From Planctomyces sp. (lineage in GTDB: Bacteria > Planctomycetota > Planctomycetia > Planctomycetales > Planctomycetaceae), in assembly GCA_019636235.1 (NCBI GenBank), contig JAHBXW010000003.1, forward strand, positions 1 through 64,000: a stretch of 64,000 bases of DNA, written 5' to 3'. Each line of letters starts with the position of its first letter. Positions within the stretch are counted from its first letter, which is position 1. Positions 10,399-19,514 of this stretch are shown here, one piece after another. Below the pieces are notes generated by a model that was given only the letters and a program-made list of their open reading frames with translations, ran no database searches and was not told the DNA's origin. The translations under genes and the position numbers were made by a program.

Positions 10399-11778
10399 TC
10401 ACTCGGCCGCGAACATCGGCACGGGGGGCTCGCCGTCCAGAGTTCGCAGCCAGCTGGGCTCCGCCCGGCAAGGTTCCAGAACCTCCGCGGGCCGTGGGCT
10501 GCGCGATCCATTCGCCGGGAGATTGAGCAGCTCCGGACGGCGGTAAAGCGTCATGGAGGACATGATGCGATGCACGTCGTTCGTGACCGATTCGCGGATC
10601 GCGTGGACGCGGGGTTGGATCGCCAGGAACGCGTCAATGACGTCGGGATCGAACTGGGTGCCGCGTCCCGAGGCGACGATCTCCAGCGAACGCTCGGGGG
10701 ACAATGCCGCCTTGTAGGGGCGTTCGGACGTCAGCGCGTCGTAGACGTCCGCGACGGACACGATCCGGGCGGCGAGCGGAATCTCATCTGCCCGCAGTCG
10801 GTTCGGGTAGCCGTCCCCGTCCCAGCGTTCGTGGTGCGCGGCGGCGATGTCGCGGGCGGCGCGGACCAGCGGATCGGTCGGATCTTCGTCGACGCCGCGC
10901 GGAGGCGAGTGCGAGCAGACCTCCATGATGCTCGGCTCTTCCAGAATCCTCGCGCCGATCTCGCAGTGCGTCTGCATGACGCGGCGTTCCTCGTCGGTCA
11001 GGCGTCCCGGCTTGAGCAGAATCGAGTCCGGGATGCCGATCTTCCCGACGTCATGCAGCGGCGCCACCAGGAACAGTCGCTCGACGACGTCGCGCGGCAG
11101 CCCCAGCGTCTCGGCGATGGCCATGCTGTAGCAGGCCACCCGCACGATGTGTTCGCCGGTGTCTTCATCGCGGAAATCGGCCGCCTTTCCCAGCCGCCAC
11201 AGGATCTGCAGACGGGACTGGTGGAGCTGCGTCGTGCGATGGCGGACCGCGGCTTCGAGGTCGTGATTCTTGCGCTTCAGCTCATCCTGCATGGACTTCA
11301 GGCGCAGCATGCTCTTCAGCCGGGCCAGCAGTTCCGCCGCATGCACGGGCTTGTTGAGCAGGTCCGTGGCGCCGAGATCGAGGACGCGCTGTTTGAGATC
11401 GACGTCGGCCAGCCCGGTCAGGATCGTCACCGGGATGTCATTCATCTCCGGGCAACTGCGAATCCGTTCGAGCAGCTGCAGGCCCGTCATCTCGGGCATC
11501 GAGACGTCCGACACGACGGCGTCGACCGGGTGCGACGTCAGAAACTCCCAGGCGTCGAGCGGACTGTTGATGAATTCGATGCGCCAGCCGGCGGCATGCG
11601 GACGAAGCATCCTCCGGAAGCCGTCGAGAATGTCGGACTCGTCGTCGATGAACAGAATCAGTGGCTTCACAGTCGGGACGTCCGGGCGGCTGAGGGGCCG
11701 AAGGTGGAGTGCTCCGCAGTCAGGCATGGTCTGCGGCGGCGCGATGGGCTGTGCGCTGTCAAAATCTGGAACCCGCAT
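10399..11778 (-). CDS. Response regulator with an HD-GYP domain (putative c-di-GMP phosphodiesterase)
   Basis: REC motifs (ILFIDDESDIL...DAVVSDVSMPEMTGLQLL...TILTG) followed by HD-GYP motifs (HDVGKIGIP; HHERWDGDGYP). The ORF-track N-terminus extends to 12318 and is probably an artefact. Candidate starts are at 11778 or 11727. Confidence 0.75.
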   Translation of the reverse strand: MRVPDFDSAQPIAPPQTMPDCGALHLRPLSRPDVPTVKPLILFIDDESDILDGFRRMLRPHAAGWRIEFINSPLDAWEFLTSHPVDAVVSDVSMPEMTGLQLLERIRSCPEMNDIPVTILTGLADVDLKQRVLDLGATDLLNKPVHAAELLARLKSMLRLKSMQDELKRKNHDLEAAVRHRTTQLHQSRLQILWRLGKAADFRDEDTGEHIVRVACYSMAIAETLGLPRDVVERLFLVAPLHDVGKIGIPDSILLKPGRLTDEERRVMQTHCEIGARILEEPSIMEVCSHSPPRGVDEDPTDPLVRAARDIAAAHHERWDGDGYPNRLRADEIPLAARIVSVADVYDALTSERPYKAALSPERSLEIVASGRGTQFDPDVIDAFLAIQPRVHAIRESVTNDVHRIMSSMTLYRRPELLNLPANGSRSPRPAEVLEPCRAEPSWLRTLDGEPPVPMFAAE

Positions 11779-12043
11779 GGGAACCGTATGTTGCGGACAG
11801 GCGCAGGAGCGGACCTTCCGCGTCCGAAAAGGGGGACTGCGTACGCCCGGTCCGGCGCAATCGCTGCGAACGCTCCAGCCGGACCAGGTCGCGAGAAGAG
11901 CCCCGGAAACTCCGCCGGCGGGTCGATCGGGTCCGGGCGCGGCCCGCGCTCCTGTGCTTGAGTTGGGGAGCGTTGCACGGGACGGGCCGTCGTACTGCTG
12001 CGCTGCCGCCGCGGACCGGACATGGCCCGCCGCCTTCCCTGAA

Positions 12044-13261
12044 ATGTCCCGCCCCCGAATCCTGCTGGTCGACGACGAACCTTCGATCCTGGACGGCCTG
12101 CGCCGCCAGTTTCGCGTCGATCGCGCGCGCTGGGATTTCGACGCCGCGTCATCGGGGGCCGAAGCGCTGGCCAAGCTGAGAGACCAGCCCTGCGATGTCG
12201 TGATCTCCGATATGCGGATGCCGGGCATGGACGGCGCCGAACTGCTGCGGACCGTGGCTGAGCGGCATCCCGGAACGATTCGTTTCGTGCTGTCCGGCGA
12301 CGCCGAGCCAGCCGCCATCCAGCGGGTGCGTTTCGTCGCACATCAATACCTGATGAAGCCCTGCACGGCGGACGGCCTGCGACGCGCGCTCGAACGAACG
12401 CTGACGCACCGCAGCGGGGTGTCCTCGCCAGACGTCCTGGCGGCCGTGACGGGGCTCGAGCCGCTGCCGCATCATCCGCGAGTCGTGGAGGCGCTGCGGC
12501 GGTTGCTCGCGGCCGGGACGACTGATGCGGCCGGGATCGCGGACCTCGTGGAGCGCGACATCGCCCTCGCGGCGAAACTGATGCAACTCGCGAACTCCGG
12601 ACGCGATCCGGAGGACGCCCCCGTAACGGGGATTGGCGATGCCGTCCGGCAGGCGGGTCCGACCGCCGTCCGCACTTTGCTGGATCGCGAACTTTCCGCT
12701 GATCGATCCGATGCGGAATTGCAGCGGACGGAGCGTGGATCGCCGATCCATGAGGCCGCCTGGGCAGGCGCTTCGCTGGTCCGACAGATCGCGCTGGACC
12801 TGGATCGAGCGGAGTTGGCGGAGGCGGCGTTCGCGGCGCGGCTGCTGCGGGATGCGGGCAGGTTGATACTTGCGGCGCGTGGCGACGCCGCAACGATAGA
12901 CCGCTCAACGGCCTGCGGCGTCGCTGACGACGATCGCACAGACGTGCGCGCGGCTGGCGCGTTCCTGCTGGCACTGTGGGGCGTGCCGCAGGAACTGGTG
13001 GATGCCGCAGCCGACTGCAGTGAAAACCCCACATTTGGCGACCGGACGCTCGCCGGGCTGATCCACACGGCAGACTTGTGCAGCCGCCAGCCGGCCGGGC
13101 CATCTGGACCCAACGGCCCGCTGCAGGGCGGGCCGCACGCGGTCGAGCCAGCATCGCCGGACCGCTGGCGTCAGGCGGCGGCTCGTCTTTCCGCTGAAGC
13201 TCGGTTTCGGACGATCGGTCCGACCGCCGGCTTCGGCGCCGAGTGTGAACGGTTCCCATGA
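12044..13261 (+). CDS. Response regulator receiver + HDOD domain protein
   Basis: REC (RILLVDDEPSILDGL...DVVISDMRMPGMDGAELL) then an HDOD-like region (LPHHPRVVEALRRLL...IADLVERDIALAAKLMQLANS). ATG at 12044. Confidence 0.7.
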   Translation: MSRPRILLVDDEPSILDGLRRQFRVDRARWDFDAASSGAEALAKLRDQPCDVVISDMRMPGMDGAELLRTVAERHPGTIRFVLSGDAEPAAIQRVRFVAHQYLMKPCTADGLRRALERTLTHRSGVSSPDVLAAVTGLEPLPHHPRVVEALRRLLAAGTTDAAGIADLVERDIALAAKLMQLANSGRDPEDAPVTGIGDAVRQAGPTAVRTLLDRELSADRSDAELQRTERGSPIHEAAWAGASLVRQIALDLDRAELAEAAFAARLLRDAGRLILAARGDAATIDRSTACGVADDDRTDVRAAGAFLLALWGVPQELVDAAADCSENPTFGDRTLAGLIHTADLCSRQPAGPSGPNGPLQGGPHAVEPASPDRWRQAAARLSAEARFRTIGPTAGFGAECERFP

Positions 13262-14466
13262 ACAGCGTCTTACAATTCCTGAATGCTCCGCGAGCCTCCG
13301 CGTCGCGCGGTCCCTCGAACGCTGCGGCGAACGCCGCCGCTCCGGGTCCGCGCCCGGCGACCGATGCGCCGAAGATCCTGTGCGTTGACGACGACGAAGA
13401 CATCCTCAACTGCATGCGCCGGCGGCTGCAGCGGCAGTACGCCGTGCGCACGGCATGCGCCGCGAAAGCCGCGCTCGAAATCGTGCGGAACGAGGGCCCG
13501 TTCGAGGTGATCATCACCGATTGCCGGATGCCCGGGATGACGGGCGCCGAGCTGCTGGCGGAAATGCGGGGGCTGGCGCCCGAGACGACACGAGTCATGC
13601 TGACCGGCGCGACCGACCTGGAAGCCGCGCTCGAGGCGATCAACAGCGGCGACGTGTTCCGGTTTCTCGCGAAGCCGACGCCTGGCGAACAGCTCGACCG
13701 GATTGTCGCCGCCGCCGTTCAGCAGCACCGCTTGCAGGCGTCGCAACGGATTCTGCTGACGCGGACCGTGCGGGGTTGCCTGGCGGCGTTCGCTGATCTG
13801 CTCGCGGTTTGTGAGCCTGAGGTGTTCGGCCGGGCGTTGCGCATGCGGACGCTGGCGACGCGCATCGCGCTGCGACTGCGGGCGGATTGCCTGTGGGAAC
13901 TGGAAGCCGCTGCGCTGTTCGCGCACGTCGGAATGCTGGGCGATTCGGCTCGCGATACTGGCGCCGAACGCCCTATGACCGATGAAACAACCGACCGGCG
14001 AACGGAACTCGCGGCCGTAGCGCGGCGATTCATTGCCGGCATCCCGCATTTCGAGCCGGTTTCAAGAATCCTCGCCGGGCTTGGCGACTGCGGCGAGGGC
14101 GCTCCCAGGCCCGCCGTCGCCACGCGCGATCCTGTTCCCCTGCCCTCCAGAATCCTGGCTGCCGTCGCCGATTTCGCAGCGCTGTCCGCGGACGTGTCGC
14201 CAATCGAGGCGATCGAACGTCTGCGGCGATCGGGCGTTCATGAACCGACCCTCGTCGACGCCCTGAGGGACGCGGTCTCGATCGACTCGGCAGGCGCGCA
14301 GGCCGAGGAATCGGCATCGATGGACTACGGCGTCCCGGAGGATGCGGAGCCGCTGCTCAATACGCCGCGCGGCGAGGCGCTCGTCGAGCTGCTGCTGGCG
14401 CGGGCGGAGTCGCGATCCGCGGCGCTCGGCCGTGCGGACGACCGGCGCCGGGAGGAGCCCTCATGA
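13258..14466 (+). CDS. Response regulator receiver + HDOD-like domain protein
   Basis: REC (KILCVDDDEDIL...VIITDCRMPGMTGAELL) plus a C-terminal HDOD-like helical region. Its start overlaps the upstream stop (ATGA). Confidence 0.65.
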   Translation: MNSVLQFLNAPRASASRGPSNAAANAAAPGPRPATDAPKILCVDDDEDILNCMRRRLQRQYAVRTACAAKAALEIVRNEGPFEVIITDCRMPGMTGAELLAEMRGLAPETTRVMLTGATDLEAALEAINSGDVFRFLAKPTPGEQLDRIVAAAVQQHRLQASQRILLTRTVRGCLAAFADLLAVCEPEVFGRALRMRTLATRIALRLRADCLWELEAAALFAHVGMLGDSARDTGAERPMTDETTDRRTELAAVARRFIAGIPHFEPVSRILAGLGDCGEGAPRPAVATRDPVPLPSRILAAVADFAALSADVSPIEAIERLRRSGVHEPTLVDALRDAVSIDSAGAQAEESASMDYGVPEDAEPLLNTPRGEALVELLLARAESRSAALGRADDRRREEPS

Positions 14467-15170
14467 CGCCCCGCCCACCTGACAAAGATCGGCGTGACGC
14501 GGCGGCGGAACCGCAGCCGAGCGCCGACGACGGACGGGGGCGCGCCTGCCGCCTTGGCCTGGCAGTCGCGCTTCTGATTTGGGTCGTCGGCTCAGCCGGG
14601 GGACTGGGAGCGCTGGCCCGGCATTCGTCGATTCCGGGAGCGATGGACTCCGCGCCGGCCGATTGGCCCTCGACGAGCGAACAGGACCGGCCCGATGAAT
14701 TGGCGCTGCTGATGTTCGCGCATCCCCGCTGCGGCTGCACTCGAGCGTCCCTGCGAGAGCTGGAACGACTGCTGGCAACCACAGAGATCGCCGACGTGCG
14801 GATCCTGTTCTTCGTGCCGGACGGCGCGAAGGATGACTGGCAGAACAGCGTGCTGTGGAGCGAGGCGGATCGCATCCGTCCGGGCGCGGCGCGGGCGGAT
14901 GTCGGCGGCCGCGAGGCCCGGCGTTTCGGCGCCCGGACATCGGGAGAAACGCTGATCTACGATTCCGGCGGCCGGCTGCGGTTTCAGGGCGGCCTGACGG
15001 CGGCCCGCGCGCATGAAGGCAACAATCCCGGCGCCGAGGCGATCCGTTCGATCGCCGGGGGATCTGGCATCGCGCCATCATCGACGCGGGTGTTCGGCTG
15101 CTCGCTGCTGGATCGGGACGCCTTGCAACCGCCGCAGTCCGCGATCGCCGTTCGGGAGGTCGCGCCATGA
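14463..15170 (+). CDS. Hypothetical membrane-anchored protein with Cys motifs (HPRCGC ... VFGC), possibly a thioredoxin-like accessory protein
   Basis: N-terminal TM (LAVALLIWVVGSAGGL) and conserved-looking Cys pairs. It sits in the operon by 4-nt overlaps on both sides. The family was not recognised. Confidence 0.4.
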   Translation: MTPRPPDKDRRDAAAEPQPSADDGRGRACRLGLAVALLIWVVGSAGGLGALARHSSIPGAMDSAPADWPSTSEQDRPDELALLMFAHPRCGCTRASLRELERLLATTEIADVRILFFVPDGAKDDWQNSVLWSEADRIRPGAARADVGGREARRFGARTSGETLIYDSGGRLRFQGGLTAARAHEGNNPGAEAIRSIAGGSGIAPSSTRVFGCSLLDRDALQPPQSAIAVREVAP

Positions 15171-16846
15171 AGCACTCAGCCGAATCGCAGCTTCCCGTTG
15201 CCGCGTTGACCAGCGCGACCCTGGCGCCGGAGGCGTCCGCCCGCGCCGACGCCATCCTGCACGGCGAACTGCAACTGTTGCACGCGCGAACCGACCGCTT
15301 GTTCTGCGGACTGCTGGTGTTTCAGTGGATCGCGGGGATTGCGGCCGCGCGCTGGGTTTCGCCGCTGGCCTGGGCCGGCACATCGTCGTGGATCCACATT
15401 CACCTGCTGGCGGCGATCTTTCTCGTCGGATTCCTGATCGCGTTCCCGATCGGCCTGGCGCTGAAATTCCCGGGGCGGACGCTGACGCGGCACGTGGTGG
15501 CGATGGCCCAGCTGATGACGTCGGCCATTCTGATCCACCTGTCGGGCGGGCGGATCGAGACACATTTCCATGTGTTCGGATCGCTGGCGTTCCTGTCGGT
15601 GTACCGGGACGTCCGCGTGCTGGGCACGGCGACGCTCGTCGCCGTCGCCGACCATGCCCTCCGCGGCGCCTTCCTGCCCGAGTCGGTGTACGGCGTCAGC
15701 ACGGCCAGCCTGTGGCGGACGGCCGAACACGGCGGCTGGGTGCTGTTTGAGAATCTGTTCCTGACGATCGCCATCCGGATGAGCCTGCGGGACATGCGGC
15801 GAAGCGCGGCCAAAGAGGCGATCCTGGAGCTCACGAACCGCCGAATTGAGGCGGAGGTCGAGCAGCGGACACGTGAACTGAAGGATGCGCAGGATGAGCT
15901 GTCCCACGCTGAGCGGATGGCGTCCATCGGCCGGCTCGCCGCCGGCATCGCCCACGAAATCAATACGCCGCTGCAGTTCATCGGGGACAACCTGCGCGCA
16001 TCGACCGACATGCTGCGGGACCTGCAGACGTTCGACGAGGCGAGCCGCGCGGCCCGGGCGGAACTGGGCGGACTGGGAACGGCGCGGGAGACGCTGGACG
16101 CGCTGGACGAACTCGACCGGCAGATCGACGTGCCGTTTCTGCTGCAGGATGTCCCGGTCGCGCTGGGGCAGTCGCTAAAGGGACTGGAGCGGATCCGGAC
16201 CATCGTGCTGGCGATGAAGGAGTTCGCCCCGAACGGACGGCTGCAGGGGCGGGAACCGGTCGACGTCAACGCCGGCATCCGGCACACGCTGACGGTCGCT
16301 CACAACGAACTCAAATACTGCGCGACAGTCGACGTGGAACTCGGCGAGGTCGAGCCCGCGCTGGGCAACGCCGGCGAGCTCAACCAGGTGTTCCTGAATC
16401 TCCTGATCAACGCGGCGCATGCCATCCAGGAGCTGCGGCGCGACGAACCGGGGCGGATCGGAGTGCGGACGTTCATGGACGGCGGGCAGGTCGTGGTGGA
16501 GGTCTCCGACGACGGCTGCGGGATGACGGACGAGATCCGTCGCAAGGCGTTCGATCCGTTCTTCACGACGAAGCCGCCGGGCCGGGGCGCCGGACAGGGA
16601 CTGGCGATCTGTCATGCGGTCATCGTCGACCGGCATGGAGGACGCATCGACGTCGACTCCGAACCGGGCCGCGGCAGCACGTTCGCGGTGCGGCTTCCAG
16701 CGCACATCGAGCGGCAGGCGATTGCGCCGGATGACGGCTGGGCCGCCGCGCCGTCCGCGTCTGCGACCGCCGATGCGCCGGCGCGGCCGGCAACGGATGA
16801 AATTCCACTGGTCGGACTCAAGGGAGATTCGCAAGAATCCCGTTGA
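15167..16846 (+). CDS. Sensor histidine kinase with a His-rich multi-TM N-terminal sensor domain
   Basis: HisKA H-box (LAAGIAHEINTPLQFI) and HATPase_c N/G1/G2 boxes (NLLINAAHAI...DDGCGM...GRGAGQGLAI). About 230 aa of polytopic membrane domain contains several His in predicted helices. Confidence 0.8.
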   Translation: MKHSAESQLPVAALTSATLAPEASARADAILHGELQLLHARTDRLFCGLLVFQWIAGIAAARWVSPLAWAGTSSWIHIHLLAAIFLVGFLIAFPIGLALKFPGRTLTRHVVAMAQLMTSAILIHLSGGRIETHFHVFGSLAFLSVYRDVRVLGTATLVAVADHALRGAFLPESVYGVSTASLWRTAEHGGWVLFENLFLTIAIRMSLRDMRRSAAKEAILELTNRRIEAEVEQRTRELKDAQDELSHAERMASIGRLAAGIAHEINTPLQFIGDNLRASTDMLRDLQTFDEASRAARAELGGLGTARETLDALDELDRQIDVPFLLQDVPVALGQSLKGLERIRTIVLAMKEFAPNGRLQGREPVDVNAGIRHTLTVAHNELKYCATVDVELGEVEPALGNAGELNQVFLNLLINAAHAIQELRRDEPGRIGVRTFMDGGQVVVEVSDDGCGMTDEIRRKAFDPFFTTKPPGRGAGQGLAICHAVIVDRHGGRIDVDSEPGRGSTFAVRLPAHIERQAIAPDDGWAAAPSASATADAPARPATDEIPLVGLKGDSQESR

Positions 16847-16942
16847 GTGCGGGATCGGACAGGCGTCGCGGGCCGCCGCGTGCGGGACGGGACAGTTCCA
16901 TTGCCCCTGGAGTCGAACTTCAGCCCCCGGGATGCGTCCAGC

Positions 16943-19093
16943 ATGAGCGCTCAGCAGGCCGGTTCAACGCCGCTCCGGAGTTCGACGTGGTGCACGCGCG
17001 GCGCCGCGCTGATCGCCCTGGTCGCACTCCTCGGCTGGGCCGTCGACAGCCACCTGCTGAAGGGCTGGACGGCAGAAAGCGTCGCGATGAACCCGGCGAC
17101 GGCGCTCGTGCTGCTGGCGGCAGCGGCGGGGATCGAGCTGGCCTCGCGGTCCGCTTTGCAAAGGACCGCACGGCGGACCTCGCTGATTTGCGGACTTGTG
17201 GCGGCCGGGATGGGGTTGTTGAAGGCGGTGGAGTATCTCACCGGCTGGGGGCTGGCGTTCGACCGTCTGTTCTTTTCGCAGTCGCTGGCCTCGAACCAGG
17301 TGGCGCCGAACACGGCGCTGGCGTTCCTGACGCTGGGGTCTGCGATCTGCTTGTTCCACGTGCGTCTGGGGCCGATCTGGGTGGCCGAAGCGCTGGCCGG
17401 AACGACCTTGATCGGCGCGTTCATGGCGGTGCTGGGATACTCCTACGGCCTGTCGTCGCTGTACGGCTTCGAGAACTACATCTCGATGGCGATGAACACG
17501 GCGGCCGCGTTCGCGCTGCTGGCGTTCGGACTGCTGGCGGCGCGACCGGACCGGGGCCTGATGTCGGTCGCGACGCATGCCGCGGCGGGCAAGCTGATTT
17601 TCGGGCGCCTGCTGCCGCTGGGACTGGGCGTGACTCTGGCGGCGGGATACTTGCGGCTGCAGGGGGAACGAGCCGGATGGTTCGGTCCGGAGCTGGGGCT
17701 GCTGCTGCACATCATGTTTACGATCGGCGCGATCCTGGCGACGCTGTTCTGGACGTCGTGGCAATTGCAGCAACTGGACGCGCGACGTGAGGCGTCGGCG
17801 CGCCAGGCGATCGCCTCGGAACTGCGGACGCGAGACCTGTATGAGAACGCGCCCTGCGGCTATCACTCGCTGGATGCGGCCGGGCGGATCATCGAGATCA
17901 ACGCAACGCAGCTGCGGTGGCTGGGCTATGGCCGGGGCGAGATGCTGGGCCGTCCGCTGTCGGACTACCTGGCGCCGTCGGACAGGGCGGCCTGGAGCGA
18001 ACACTTCGACCGCATCCGGGAATCGGGCGCGGGACGCGAGATCGAGTATGCCCTGCTCCGCCGGGACGGCTCGCATCTCCCGGCGCTGGTTTCGGCCCGC
18101 ATGGTCGACGACGTCGACGGGCAGCCGGCCCGCGCCCACGTCACCGTCTTCGACATCTCCGAACGCAAACAGGCCGAGCAGAGAATCCGTCGGCTGAACG
18201 AGGACCTCGAGCGGCGCGTCGCCGACCGCACCCGGGAACTCGAAACGCTGAACCGGCGGCTGGCGGAACAGATCCGCGAAAACGAAACGTTTGTGTACAG
18301 CGTGTCGCACGACCTGCGATCGCCGCTCGTCAACCTGCAGGGCTTCAGCCATGAGATCGAGGCCGGTTGCGGCAGTCTCCGCGGACTGCTGGCGGATGAT
18401 CGGATCCCCGAGGACGTCCGCGAGAAGAGCCTGCGGGTGCTGGACGACGAGCTCCAGGAAGCGGTCGAGTTCATCCAGGCGGCCGTGACGCGGCTGGGAG
18501 GCATCATCGACGCCCTGCTGCGGCTGTCGCGGGCGGGACGGGTCGAGTATCAGCAGCAGGCGGTGGACGCTGGGGCGCTGGTGCGGCGGGCCGTGCAGGC
18601 CAGCGCGGCGAGCATTGCGTCGCGGGGGGCCGAAGTCGTCGTCTCCGACCTGCCCGTTTTGTGGGGCGATCCGACGGCCATCGAGCAGATCTTCGCCAAC
18701 CTGCTGGGAAACGCGATCAACTATCTCGACCCGGCGCGTCCGGGCCGCATTGAAATCGCCGCCGAGCCAGGCGCCTGCGTTCGTCCGGGGCGCGCCGGCC
18801 GGTTCCAGACGTGTTTCGTCCGGGACAACGGGCTGGGGATTCCCCGGGCCCACGGCCGCCGGATCTTCAGCGCGTTTCAGCGCGTGCACCCGGGCGCCGC
18901 GCCCGGCGAAGGCATGGGGCTGACGCTTGTCAAACAGATCGTGGAACGCCATGGAGGGGACATCTGGTTTGAATCTCAGGAAGGCGCGGGAACGACGTTT
19001 TTTGTGACCCTGCCCGCTCCGGAGGGCATTGATGACGGGAGGTCCGACCATGGCGATGAGCGGCTCAGTGCGTGTCCTGCTCGCGGAGGATGA
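16943..19093 (+). CDS. Sensor histidine kinase with a multi-TM N-domain and PAS domain
   Basis: A polytopic N-terminal region, then PAS (YENAPCGYHSLDAAGRIIEINATQLRWLGYGRGEMLGRPLSDY), HisKA (VSHDLRSPL) and HATPase (GNAINYL...DNGLGIP...GMGLTL). Start trimmed to MSAQQAG at 16943. Confidence 0.8.
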   Translation: MSAQQAGSTPLRSSTWCTRGAALIALVALLGWAVDSHLLKGWTAESVAMNPATALVLLAAAAGIELASRSALQRTARRTSLICGLVAAGMGLLKAVEYLTGWGLAFDRLFFSQSLASNQVAPNTALAFLTLGSAICLFHVRLGPIWVAEALAGTTLIGAFMAVLGYSYGLSSLYGFENYISMAMNTAAAFALLAFGLLAARPDRGLMSVATHAAAGKLIFGRLLPLGLGVTLAAGYLRLQGERAGWFGPELGLLLHIMFTIGAILATLFWTSWQLQQLDARREASARQAIASELRTRDLYENAPCGYHSLDAAGRIIEINATQLRWLGYGRGEMLGRPLSDYLAPSDRAAWSEHFDRIRESGAGREIEYALLRRDGSHLPALVSARMVDDVDGQPARAHVTVFDISERKQAEQRIRRLNEDLERRVADRTRELETLNRRLAEQIRENETFVYSVSHDLRSPLVNLQGFSHEIEAGCGSLRGLLADDRIPEDVREKSLRVLDDELQEAVEFIQAAVTRLGGIIDALLRLSRAGRVEYQQQAVDAGALVRRAVQASAASIASRGAEVVVSDLPVLWGDPTAIEQIFANLLGNAINYLDPARPGRIEIAAEPGACVRPGRAGRFQTCFVRDNGLGIPRAHGRRIFSAFQRVHPGAAPGEGMGLTLVKQIVERHGGDIWFESQEGAGTTFFVTLPAPEGIDDGRSDHGDERLSACPARGG

Positions 19094-19514
19094 TCAGGGA
19101 CATGCGTCGCTGATCCGGCGGAATCTGCTGCGCAGCGGATTCCTCAACGAGGTCGTGCACGTGCAGGACGGCCAGGAGGCCCTCGACTTCCTGTACCGCG
19201 AGGGCCCGTTTCGCGAACGGCCAAAGCGCGGACCGCTCGTTGTGCTGCTCGACATCAACATGCCGCGGATCGACGGCGTGCAGGTTTTGAAGCAGGTCAA
19301 GTCCGACGACCGGCTGAACCGGCTGCCGGTCATCATGCTGACCACGACGGACGACCCGCGCGAGGTCGAGCACTGCTATGCGCTGGGCTGCAATCTGTAC
19401 GTCACGAAGCCGATCGATTATCCGGCGTTCGTAGAGACGCTGACGCGGCTGGGACAGGCCATTGAAGTCGCGTCGCTGGTCAACGAGGCGGATCTCACGG
19501 AGTCGCCAGGATGA
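19050..19514 (+). CDS. Single-domain response regulator (REC only)
   Basis: VRVLLAEDDQGHASLI...VLLDINMPRIDGVQVL...VIMLTT...KP. Overlaps both the upstream and downstream genes. Confidence 0.75.
   Translation: MAMSGSVRVLLAEDDQGHASLIRRNLLRSGFLNEVVHVQDGQEALDFLYREGPFRERPKRGPLVVLLDINMPRIDGVQVLKQVKSDDRLNRLPVIMLTTTDDPREVEHCYALGCNLYVTKPIDYPAFVETLTRLGQAIEVASLVNEADLTESPG

Noticed and set aside
10399-12318. Full 639-aa reading of the REC-HD-GYP gene
   Set aside because: About 180 N-terminal residues ahead of the receiver domain are low-complexity (S/A/R/G-rich) and would overlap the divergent promoter region. Internal ATGs at 11778 or 11727 give a normal REC N-terminus.
11667-13643. 658-aa minus-strand ORF
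   Set aside because: It is antisense to the two REC-HDOD genes. It is Arg/Pro/Ala-rich and has no domain features.
16964-19051. 695-aa minus-strand ORF
   Set aside because: It is antisense to the PAS sensor kinase, which carries unmistakable H-box and HATPase motifs. The product is R/Q/H/G-rich and low-complexity.
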